Assembly (NCBI GenBank): GCA_043228905.1
Contig: JBHGNT010000013.1
Span: 16,120,001-16,184,000 of the forward strand
From: Azolla caroliniana
Lineage: Eukaryota > Plantae > Polypodiophyta
DNA length: 64,000 nt
Reading direction: 5' to 3'
Part shown: in pieces, positions 53,300-64,000 of the stretch
Position numbering within the stretch: the first letter of the stretch is position 1
Layout of the letters: every line of letters begins with the position of its first letter
Position numbers and translations under genes: made by a program
The notes under the pieces: model-generated
Database searches by the model: none
The model's input: the letters and a program-made list of their open reading frames with translations, nothing else
Told to the model about the DNA's origin: nothing

Positions 53300-55012
53300 T
53301 GTAAAGATTTACAGGCAAATATATATATGTGAACATTCTGTAAGAGTCTTGTCATTATAATGCTTTAGAAGGCTGTTAGTAAATCAAGTATGTTCAATAA
53401 TTATCCTTGCTCTTCTCTTTTTGCAGGTTAATCAGGCAGAGGTGATGTAAAGTGTTACAGGAAATCCCGTAAGAATCTTTTCATTAAAAGTTCTAGAGGC
53501 TGCCTGTAAATGAAGTAGGTTTCATAATTATCCTTGAGCTCTTCTTTTTTGCAGGTTATTTTAGGTAACTTCATGGGTCCGCAAGTAAATAAAGGAAAAC
53601 TTGTTCAGAGATGTACATCATGTAGTTTATATAGATCCAGATAACTCTAAATTGGAATCAATGCCTGTAGTTGCTATGCAAATTTTTCACCTTGCTCTTC
53701 AAAATATTTAAGAATGAAAATCATCTGTAATTTACTATGTGATACTTAGATGAGCAATAAAGGTGATAAGTTTGTCTGTACCTTGGCTTTTAACTTTTCA
53801 AATGACGTTCTATCCATTGCTATTATTAACAGAAATGCCTAAACTAACACATGATCTGCAGCAATGATACAGACCCATTGTGAGCTACAGATCTTGCGGA
53901 TTAAAATGAATGCTATGCTATTAAGACTCTTTTTGTTCTTGTGAGGTAATTAATGCTAAGCTGACAACTTTAATTTGCTTAGCTTTACAAACATACACCA
54001 TACGCACACACCTTCACCTGTTGTAAGGCCTTTCTTGCTCAACAATTAATAAATACCATGCGTTATATTTAGATTCTGATGTGATCGAGCAACCATATGG
54101 CATATGTGGGCTGGTGTGTATTGCCAGTACTGTACTGCTTAAAATTTCTGTCATTGATACATAGCTTTAAGTGCGTGTTTTACTAAAAATATATTGTATG
54201 TGTATGCTTTTACTTGTAAGGCATTTCTAGGTTGACAATCAGTACAGATTTACAGTATTTCTAGGAGCCTTCACTTGTAAGGCCTTGCTAGGGCAATGAT
54301 CAATACAAACGTGTATTATATTGCTAGGGCATATATTCTTACACTTCACATTACAGAACGTGGAAAAAGCATGGAAATATTTGCAGGTGAAACATTTCTT
54401 GCTATTATGTAATTCATGAAATTAAAATATAACGGGTGGGACATAGAAGGATAGGGAATTATTATTCTTGGCTGAACTCCATTGTCTGTTGAAATTGGTG
54501 GACATTTGTACACAAAGAACTTATATCTACACTCTGGTAGCGGGAGCTTAATATTGTCGGAGAAACATGCCTTAATCCAAACTCAAATGACATATCATGT
54601 TTGAGTGTGTCGGCTGACATAGTATGCTTGCAGTGTGGATTCGGCTTTCGACAGATGGGTGTGGAGGGGTGATTGAGATGCTTGCAAGGTAAGATGGGCT
54701 GCATATGGTTATAGAGGACCAATATAGAGAAGCAACATAAAGTAACAGTGAGAAGAAGCATGAAGCCCGGAGGCACCTATGCCCTGATGAATGATCTTGC
54801 ATCCTCATCTTCGTGTCTCTATATTTAGCATCTCTGTGTGCCACTTTAGTGATATGCATGTAGTTTGTAACTTTTGGGTATGGCGTTCATCACCTTGAGA
54901 CATGAGCGCAGATGATCTCCTCCTCCCTTCTTCCTTTTTCATCTTCTGATTCTTCTCTATTTAAGACCACCAACAAAATCGGCAACAGGAACAATATAAG
55001 GTAATATTGCCC

Positions 55013-57220
55013 ATGGCGGTCAAGCAGACATGGATGCACATGCTCTTCTTCTTATCCTCTTTCTTCTCCTCTTCCTCCAACGCCTGCGACCATCTTCCTG
55101 CCATCTCTTCGTCTCAATACTCGGTTATTCGCACTCTTCTTCCTGTTCAATCATCAAATCTCAGCATAACTGATGATGAATATTTATTGTCTGCTGCCCA
55201 ACCGTTCCCCTTATCACAGAATACTACAACCCCCCCTCCATCTGGCTTTTGGGCGCCTAAGCTACTAAAATCACCCCTGCCCACCAACAGGGCATGGCTT
55301 AATTACATCCTCAATGAGGGGAACACGCCAGAATATATTCATCCATATCTGATTCAATCCAATGGCGGAGCCATCTCCATCGGTTACCCTTCTAGGGTAG
55401 TTCAACCAGGATTCATCATTCAATCATTTGTGCCAGATATCACCGTTACTAGCAGTGCTCTGTCTGCTTCCTCCAAACATGTGGTCACCCATTATGATGA
55501 TGTTAGTGTGACTCTTCAGTTTGAGAAAGAACTGAGTGTGCCTCTTGTGAGAGGTTGCCCTTATGTGACTTTCTTGTTCAAAGGTGATAATTCCTCAGTC
55601 AGAATCTCAACAATCCATGCCGTCCTCCAGTTGTTCAGTGATGAGAGTTTAACCAAGCACAAAATCACGTTCAACAATGGACAAAAGTGGCTAATCTATA
55701 GTTCTAATGCTTTAAACTTGTCGTTTGATCTGAGTATTGACCATGATTTCAAAGGGTTTGTGAGAGTGGCATTACTTGCTGGGGATGATTCATCTGAGGA
55801 TATCTTGGACAAATTTAAATCAAGCTACCCTCTACATGGGCATGCTGATTTGTCTGTCCCATTCCAGATCAGATATATGTGGAAGAGGAAGGGGAGGGGC
55901 GAGTTATTGATGTTAAGCCTTCCTATGCACCGAGACATGATGAGTAATCTAGAATCTGGAATTTTGCAGGAGCTTTCATATAATAGTATAGATGGGGAAA
56001 TGCACGGTATTGTTGGAAATTCATGGATTTTGAATGAGAAACCCATCTCGGTGGGTTGGCACTCTGTCAAAGGTATCTTTGATTCAGTCTCAAAGAAAAT
56101 GGTCGCCGATGCACTAAATCGTGAAGTGGGTGAACTAAAATCTATCACTACCAATTCATCATACTTCTATGGAAAAGCTGTTGCTCGTGCTGCACGGATG
56201 GCCCTAATAGCTGAGGAGATCGGCTCTCTCGAATTCATAGAACCAGTCCAAAAGTATTTGGAAGAATCGTTGACCCCTTGGATGGAGGGGACATTCGAGG
56301 GGAATGCTTTTCTTTATGATAAAATATGGGGAGGATTGATAACTCGCAATAGTGCGATGGATTCAGGAGCCGATTTTGGCTTCGGTTTATACAACGATCA
56401 TCATTATCATTTGGGTTACTTCTGCTATGCAGGTGCAGTTCTAGCTAAGCTAAATTCATCATGGGGAGCTTCATACAAACCTCATCTTTACACAATGGTG
56501 GAAGATTACATGAGCTTCCGGCCCCATCATCACGATATAGGGGAGGATCAAAGTCAAAATCATCATGATGAGGTTGTCCGCGCTAACAATCGCAGCTGCC
56601 GGTGGGACGAAGCTCTGTTCCCGAGGCTGAGGAATTTCGATCTTTGGGTTTTGCATTCGTGGGCAGGTGGTCTGACGGAGTTTGCCGATGGGCGGAACCA
56701 AGAGAGCACGAGCGAAGCAGTCAATGCTTATTACGCTGCTTCTCTTCTCGGCCGGGCGTTTGGGGATGATGACCTAATTCGAATCGGGCTTACTCTTGCA
56801 GCCGTTGAAATGAGAGCGGCTAGGGCCTTATGGCACATCCCTTCGAATAGTACTCTGTACGAAAGCGAGTTTGTTGCGGAGAATCGCGTAGTGGGTGTAT
56901 TGTGGGCCAACAAAAGAGATACCAGTCTATGGTTTGCGCCTGCCGAATGGAGGGAGTGTCGTCTTGGCATTCAGGTACTCCCTATCCTCCCAATCACAGA
57001 GATTCTCTTTAGAGATTTCGGGTTCATCCGTGAGCTGGTGGATTGGGCATTGCCAGCCCTGACCCGTGCGGGGGCAACCGATGGATGGAAGGGATTCGTG
57101 TACGCGATGCAGGCTGCCTATGCACCCCAGCAAGCCCTAGCAAATATGCTCACCTTGAGTGAGTATGATGATGGGCAATCCTTGTCAAATCTGCTGTGGT
57201 GGATATTCTCCAGGCCATGA
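55013..57220 (+). CDS. GH81 endo-1,3(4)-beta-glucanase (beta-glucan elicitor-binding-protein-like), single exon, 735 aa
   Basis: Uninterrupted ORF with a hydrophobic signal-like N-terminus. Motifs PLPTN, PEYIHPY, DFGFGLYNDHHYHLGY and DGRNQESTSEAVNAY. Confidence 0.95.
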   Translation: MAVKQTWMHMLFFLSSFFSSSSNACDHLPAISSSQYSVIRTLLPVQSSNLSITDDEYLLSAAQPFPLSQNTTTPPPSGFWAPKLLKSPLPTNRAWLNYILNEGNTPEYIHPYLIQSNGGAISIGYPSRVVQPGFIIQSFVPDITVTSSALSASSKHVVTHYDDVSVTLQFEKELSVPLVRGCPYVTFLFKGDNSSVRISTIHAVLQLFSDESLTKHKITFNNGQKWLIYSSNALNLSFDLSIDHDFKGFVRVALLAGDDSSEDILDKFKSSYPLHGHADLSVPFQIRYMWKRKGRGELLMLSLPMHRDMMSNLESGILQELSYNSIDGEMHGIVGNSWILNEKPISVGWHSVKGIFDSVSKKMVADALNREVGELKSITTNSSYFYGKAVARAARMALIAEEIGSLEFIEPVQKYLEESLTPWMEGTFEGNAFLYDKIWGGLITRNSAMDSGADFGFGLYNDHHYHLGYFCYAGAVLAKLNSSWGASYKPHLYTMVEDYMSFRPHHHDIGEDQSQNHHDEVVRANNRSCRWDEALFPRLRNFDLWVLHSWAGGLTEFADGRNQESTSEAVNAYYAASLLGRAFGDDDLIRIGLTLAAVEMRAARALWHIPSNSTLYESEFVAENRVVGVLWANKRDTSLWFAPAEWRECRLGIQVLPILPITEILFRDFGFIRELVDWALPALTRAGATDGWKGFVYAMQAAYAPQQALANMLTLSEYDDGQSLSNLLWWIFSRP

Positions 57221-58548
57221 GGAGGCTTTTGTATCAGTAGTGATTCAATTCATTGGTATCAATATTAATATGAAGATCTCACCAATGCCTCCCTTGTATA
57301 TTATGATACCTCATTGGAAAAATTGAATCCTATGATTCCAATATTTATATATTGTGTTCTCCTACAATACTATTTAGGTTCATAGGCAAGTAATTGAGTC
57401 TCGCCTCCACATGACTTGTATCAATTGAGCAACTCTGAATGTGCATAAATTTATATCTTTATTCTGCTCACTTAATGGAGGCATAGTGTTTTGTCCAACC
57501 TAACTATACAATAAATGATGATTTTTTAGGATAATTTGTTGTATTAACTTCTTGAGAAGAAAGATGTAGAGTCAATCTAGGACATAAAGATGTTTTATAC
57601 CCATGGAACTTTGCACAACCTTGTGGGTGCAGTGTTAACTCTATGATATTTATCGTGTACTGTAAGTGTGCATGTGGCCTATTAGTGAGTGCAGTAGTCT
57701 CATAGGTGGTGCTGGTAGTTATTTTCTGTTGTCATAAGGTGGTGGTAGTTGTGGCGGTTATTTATTTTGCTCTATGGGTTCCAACAATCTCTCGAAACAA
57801 TTAAATTCTTATGCATGCAAGTCTCATGTATCCTTTAAGTGTTCACATGATATGTACATCCTATGGAGTATGGAGACTTGGAGACCGCAGTACCTCTCTT
57901 AGGTGGAAACCAAGTACATTTTAAAGATATGCACACAATCTCATATATCTTTCTTTTGAAATGCTCACGATTAAGTACCTCCCTCTCTCCTTTCATTGTC
58001 TGACATTTTGATTCGTGAGTTTGCTTGTCTTTTTCCTCCATGAAATATTTTGCACTTAAAATGTGAACGTGTGTACTACGTTCAATTCTTGGATTTTTCT
58101 TTCTTGTTTCTATAGTAGGACATTTTTCCATTGCATTGCATTTGAAGGCAACTTACATTTCTCTTTTGTCAAATGATGCTTATCTTTTTCCTTCTCACAA
58201 CATACGCAACTTGTGCATGATAATGAACATGTGATCGAAAAAGAGAAAAAATAAATGTGCACGATAATGATAAATAATCCGACAAAGTAGGAGCACATGG
58301 ATTTAATGGTTCAACTATAACCTACATCCATGATATTAATGGAATTAGTGTTCCTTATAAGCGTAAAGATGATTGTAATGCTAGATATAGATGTAAGGCT
58401 CTATCATGAGTTACTTAGGAGTGAAGGAAATGAAGGGGTAGGTAAGGTGGAGGCATGATCTCCCCTCCATAATTGATGAATATATAGTTAATTTCTTTGT
58501 TGTGATTTCTATGTCAAGTTCTCGCTCCCCATTTATGTTCAGTGCTAA

Positions 58549-58608
58549 TTAAGTAGTAAAATACTTATTACTTAGGTATACCTAAGTAATGAATATTTTA
58601 CTACTTAA
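58549..58608. repeat. 60-bp near-perfect palindrome
   Basis: TTAAGTAGTAAAATA-CTT-ATTACTTAGGTA|TACCTAAGTAAT-GAA-TATTTTACTACTTAA; two mismatches. Confidence 0.9.
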
Positions 58609-59045
58609 GTAATTACAAAGCTGATTGCTTGACTGTTCAACTATGAATTAATATACTAACATAATTACGGTTATTATGGAACACCTTCATTCCTTGCCTT
58701 CTGTTTAATTGCCGACCTGCACACCCCTTCAAGAGGTTGTATTGTTGCCCAAAGATTGGCCATTGTAGTTGGTTAGAGTGACATCCCATGATTGGCATTG
58801 TCCAATGTCCATGACAACCCATTATAAGTAATTACAAAGCTAATTGCTTGAGTGTTCAACTATGAATTAATATACTAACATAATTACGGTTATTATGGAA
58901 CACCTTCATTCCTTGCGTTCTGTTTAATTGCCGACCCACACACCCCTTTAAGAGGTTGTATTGGTGCCCAAAGATTGGCCATTGTAGTTGGTTAGAGTGG
59001 AATCCCATGATTGGCATTGTCCAATGTCCATGACAACCCATTATA
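58606..59045. repeat. 219-bp tandem duplication
   Basis: Units start at 58606 and 58825. Near-identical ORF translations at 58637-58822 and 58856-59041. Confidence 0.92.
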
Positions 59046-59927
59046 TATAAACATATGACAATTAACTTAATCCATAAAAAATTGAAAGACTAACATAGAA
59101 AATTCACACTTACATTAACTAAGGAGTTAAGTGCTCAAGCAAATAATAACATAGGGTAATAACATAAGGCTAAGTGAAAAAGCTTAACATTAATGAACTT
59201 GGGGAATGAGCTGAAGTCTAAAAAAAGCACAAAAATAACATTCACCATGTTTTTGCCCCCTTCACACTAGGGTGGCCAAAGCCTTATATTCTAGCTTTGC
59301 TTTTCTTGCCCTCTATTCCTTGCTTGTATTTGGTTTCTCGTTGTGTGTACCAATGATAATGTTTGTGTTTCTAGAACATACAATGGGTACTTAATATTGA
59401 GCAACAACTCTGGTGAAAACAACAAATGATCTATGATCTTTGGATGACATCAATTGATTATTGCAATAAGCTCAACTCAATAAAAGCATACCATCACTTC
59501 ACTTTAAACACCCTTAAGAGAGAAAACCATAGCCACCACCACTATTAAGTACATATTGTGTGTATCATGGCACATGAAGACGTCGACATTTTGCACAAAA
59601 CTAAGTTCAAGATCAAGAAAAAAGGTGTCAATAAGACAAATTTGGCTCTACAACTAGGCCAAATGGGCATCCCAATGTGAAAGGAGACAAGCTTTTTGTA
59701 AGTGAACTATAAAGGTCACTTTTGTGATAAACCTCTCTCTCCCTCTTATATCATACTGTATACATATATTTTTTGTGAGTTGAAATGATTTAGGGTTAAA
59801 TGCTACTCAACCAAACCCTAATCACTCCTCCTTTTGTACCTATTGTGTTGACTTCTCTACTTAATGGAGGTGTGGTTATACTATCATCTATGAATAATCT
59901 CTTGTTTTCATTTTGTGTGCACTTAAC

Positions 59928-60399
59928 TGTTACCCTTAAGAGTGGAAAGCTGACAAGGAGTGAAGCCGAAACGGCTAGCAAGCAGCCGGCTAAGTATGGA
60001 AGCCGAAAGCCGACGAGCAGTATGAACCCGGAGATCATTTATTATAAATAGTGTTGTAGCCTAAATATTAGATCAGAATAGCTATGTCCCTTGGGGTTAG
60101 AGGTATGATTCGACGGGATGTGCGATCCGATTCGGCATTGTAACATTACATGTTTACCTATAAAAGGGGGCATGAATCTTGTACATAATTATCATCTTTG
60201 TATTGATAATTAATATAGAAGCAGTTTTGTGTATACATTACCCTGTTGTCTATCGAGATATGTGTGTTAATCTTAACTAAGTTTCTAATTGTTGTGTTGA
60301 GATTGGTCGATCGGTGGTGTGGCCGATTCGGACTGTGTCCGTGTCCTGTGTGTTAGCCAATCTGGTTGTATCCGAATCCTGGTTACTTGATAGCTAACA
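59928..60399 (+). mobile_element. Probable solo LTR
   Basis: TGTTA...TAACA ends and a CCTATAAAAGGGGG TATA-like box. The flanks TTAAC and TTACA match only imperfectly. Confidence 0.5.
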
Positions 60400-61511
60400 T
60401 TACAATAATCTCAATAATGATTGACCTCTTGGTTGCACCATGGACACACCTGGAAAAAAGTCTTGAATTAAGCAAGTTGTCTTCTTTGGGCACATAAGGA
60501 ATCCAAACCTCTCTCACAATCACCCACTTCACCTATCCCTACCACCATTTCACCTTTATTAAAAATATGTAATAAAGAAGCCTAGTTTAGCTAAATGAAC
60601 CTCTTAAATCACATTCTTCACCTCTCTTAAACTTAATGAATATAAAGAAAAGGATTACCACAAAGAAGGACGCAACTCAAATCGAATCACTTGGTTTAAA
60701 CTTTAACAACCAAAGAAATGAGAAAACAAAATCAAGCCAATAACTAAGTTCCTACTTCTTACTAATCGTACACATAAAATAAGATAGTTTTGAGTTCTTA
60801 AGACTTAAGTTCAAAGCATGAAGTATGGACACACATTATATGTGGATACGAAACAAAACAGGGATCTTAGACAACTGCGAGGAGTCGATATACATTTGGA
60901 TATTGCTAGTTGTTTTGAGAAACTTGTGTGCACTAGGGAGTACCGGTGAAACATGCCATGTCTTGAAAAAATAGAATCGGGTAGAATAATCGAAACCATC
61001 TAGGATGGCTTCATGATCATTAAACCAGTTTGTCTCGTCATTCACCCCAATCAAATTTGTCTAATGAGTTTATTTTTTTTGCAAAATCATTGTAGAATAT
61101 GGTTTCTCCAAACCAACCTCGAAGCTTTGTGATGTTAGGAGCATCAATCATTGTTGCCATAGGCAATTCTGGATGCAACATAAGGGTTGTGCTTGTTGTC
61201 GATGGCACGTTTATCATTGCTTAGCATTCAAGGTTGACTCATTTTTGTCCAGAATAACAATTAGTATGGTGATATCAGTGTGGGATCATTATAATGCTTC
61301 ATCGTAGTCATTGGTAGAGTTGTGTGGATATGTGGCACTTCAATTATTATAGTGGTGGAGGTGGTTGTTGTACTTCATTGTCCTCATTGTCAGTGTCAAT
61401 TACAATATAGTGATGGGTAAAGGGATGAAATGATTGAGCCAAGAATGGTTGGATTGCTAAATATATGGGTCATGAGTAGTGTGTTTCTAAAGCAAGTTGG
61501 AGCATATTTAT

Positions 61512-62136
61512 GTTTGGAAACGTATGTTGCGTCTCATTGATGTTGCATATGGACCTAATGTGATTACATGGGGAAATGTCTTTTGGATGGACGTAAATGT
61601 GGATAAACATAATTATGAAAGGGAAAAGATATTGTTTACCCTTCAAACTAGGGGAAGGCAAGTTAAGGACATACCATATTCAAGCCCAAATCGGTTGAAT
61701 GTGGATGCCACAGTATGGGCTACGATATCGTCGGTGATTCTATGGAATATTTGGATAGGTCGATGCCAATATGTGTTTTAGCAAATAAAGCAAAATCTTG
61801 TTCATTGTGTGAAGGAAATCTGGTTGATGCTTATCTCAACTCTAAAAGGTCAATATGACTCCTTCACAGGTAATGAAGATATGATTTTTCTGAAACAACA
61901 ATCCTTTAAAGGCAAATGGAAGGATTTGCTAGTTTTTGTGGAGAGAAATGACAAGATGGAATGACAAAATGTACCCCCACGATGGTTGTTCCCTCCATAG
62001 GTGGAGGTTCGTTTCAATTTTGTCATAAGGGGGGATATCTTACCCGCCACTAAAATGTACCATTATAGGTTAGTATTTGCTTATTGCATTGGTAATGGAA
62101 ACTATGGTGTAGTTTAAATAATAATAAATAAATAAA
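61512..62136 (+). mobile_element. 5'-truncated L1-like LINE 3' end
   Basis: 18-bp TSD AAGTTGGAGCATATTTAT at 61494-61511 and 62137-62154. (AAT)n/A tail. ORF2 C-terminal-like VILWNIWIGRCQYVF...PPRWLFPP. Confidence 0.85.
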
Positions 62137-64000
62137 AAGTTGGAGCATATTTATATGGGATTCTCTAGGAGTTGTGTTGAGAGGGAAGGTTTTTAGATAG
62201 ATAGATTTTATTGTCAACTTCCAATGTCAAATAATATGTTGAGAGAATAAGGTTGAAATAGTGGAGGAGGGTGTGTGTTGTGACGTATTAGTTATGGTAT
62301 TATTGTGGTGAATACTAATAGTATTAGTATTAGTATTAGTGTGATTTGGTGGTGATGTTATTTATGATAACATTGACATCATTGAGGTGGTGGTTGTCTA
62401 TGTCTACTTGGTCTTCATCGAGATGATCATTTGGTGGGGTGTAGGGCATAAGAAATCCCAATGATCAAACGTGAAAATCTATGGCCACTTGATTATGATT
62501 CCATATAGAAGTTTCTTATTGGAAATGTTATGAGATACATGGACTACAAAAAACATGGTTAGTTTGTCAAGCCAAAGGGCTAACAAAGTAACAAGACTAG
62601 ATATGCTCAGTGCTACTCATATGAAAGCATTGTTTTTCCCACATCCATAAGACATGATAAGTATAAATTAAATGCATAAACTAGTTGCACATTTATACGA
62701 TCTTATGATTACAAATTAAATTTATGAACATGATGGGTCTTATATTTTAAGCTCATGTCTAAAATATGTTGGAGATTGAAAACCAATCGTTTTCATGATT
62801 ACTGTATGGAGTAAAAGACATACATAACTCACGAAACTCTACTTTTTGATATATGGGTTCCAAGCAATGACTTCTCGTGCAGATACACGATACACGATAA
62901 TGAGATGTAGATACATGATCGTTTCGAGATAATGCGATGTAGATACAGTATACACGATCTACATCATGGAGGTTGAATCCATAAACGAATGAGCGTTTTT
63001 CTTCTAGCCAACATTTTGCTAGCCCGGGTAGTACATACTCAATCATGAATTTGTGGTCATCATCCATGCAACTTTTCCTTTGTGTACGAGGCTAAGATAC
63101 GAGTCATGACATATCTACAGATCAACATCGTGCAAGTTAATATTTGTCACATTTCCACCTACTCATTAAATGTAACTCGAATGCGCACATCCATCTTATG
63201 TCATTCTCGCATTTTTGTGCAATTAAATGGCCCCTACCATTCACACAATTTTAGGCGGCTCAATAAATATTGCCATGAGAGTACATGTGTATCTTTCATT
63301 GCATGCCTTTCCATTGTCTAGACATTAAGGCACAACTAGTGTAGTTTCCATGTTTTCATTTGTAGAGTTGAATATTATCTCATCTAACTTTTAACGATCC
63401 TAAAGGTTATATATGGAATGAGAGATGATGAATGAATAGGTTTGGACATTATTATACTATACTAGTGAACTCAATGTAACATTTAAGGCACGATGTACGA
63501 GATGATTTGCACACGCGTGACCATTTTTACTGTGAAATTATCTATCTATGTTTACATGGATAATAATGTATATATTGACGCACATCTGCATGAATATATA
63601 TTTCTCAAAAGGTATAGATCGCATTGGCATGAACATTTATATCGTTATGTATTTACACACGTGCATACATCGCATATTGTACACACGCAAATGCACGACA
63701 TACATATAAATGTTGACATACTTTCATGTAATGTAGATATTAGAGCATTCTGTACCAGGAAAACTAATAATATATGAGATTGGCTATTTGGTTGCAGTTT
63801 AGATGAGCCACTTTCTTTGTAATTGGCCATTTATTAACACTAATACGAGCCCCCATAACTAGATAAAATAGGGTGCAAGTCATAGGGGTTGTAGGACAAT
63901 CCCTCTGTTTAATAGAGAAGGATTAGCAAGTTGAATGACATGGTATCTAGATGAAACTCTTTCTAACAACCACATAGATACAATGGAGCTCCCTAGAGCA

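Noticed and set aside
62740-63830. Short ORFs and ACACG-rich repeats near the window end
   Set aside because: No termini, TSD or recognisable domain could be established.

Overview
Land-plant nuclear DNA. A fern or other non-seed plant is my inference from gene and TE style, not proven. Positions 1-35 kb are a nested transposon block: six Ty1/copia elements, including a young full-length one at 2945-8388 with an AGGTA TSD; a decayed spliced gene with coiled-coil and RING-H2 domains in a tandem-repeat-rich segment; and several LINEs. Positions 35-64 kb hold a 17-exon PRT6/UBR-type N-degron E3 ligase, an intronless GH81 beta-1,3-glucanase, and small TE remnants. The standout is a Penelope-like retroelement (about 17027-22615) with no visible endonuclease. 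It has a degenerate (CCCTAA)n cap at its 5' end and a complete type I hammerhead ribozyme near its 3' end, sits inside a copia integrase-RT linker, and is itself interrupted by an RTEX-like LINE and an LTR fragment. All coordinates were read by eye and no database searches were run.
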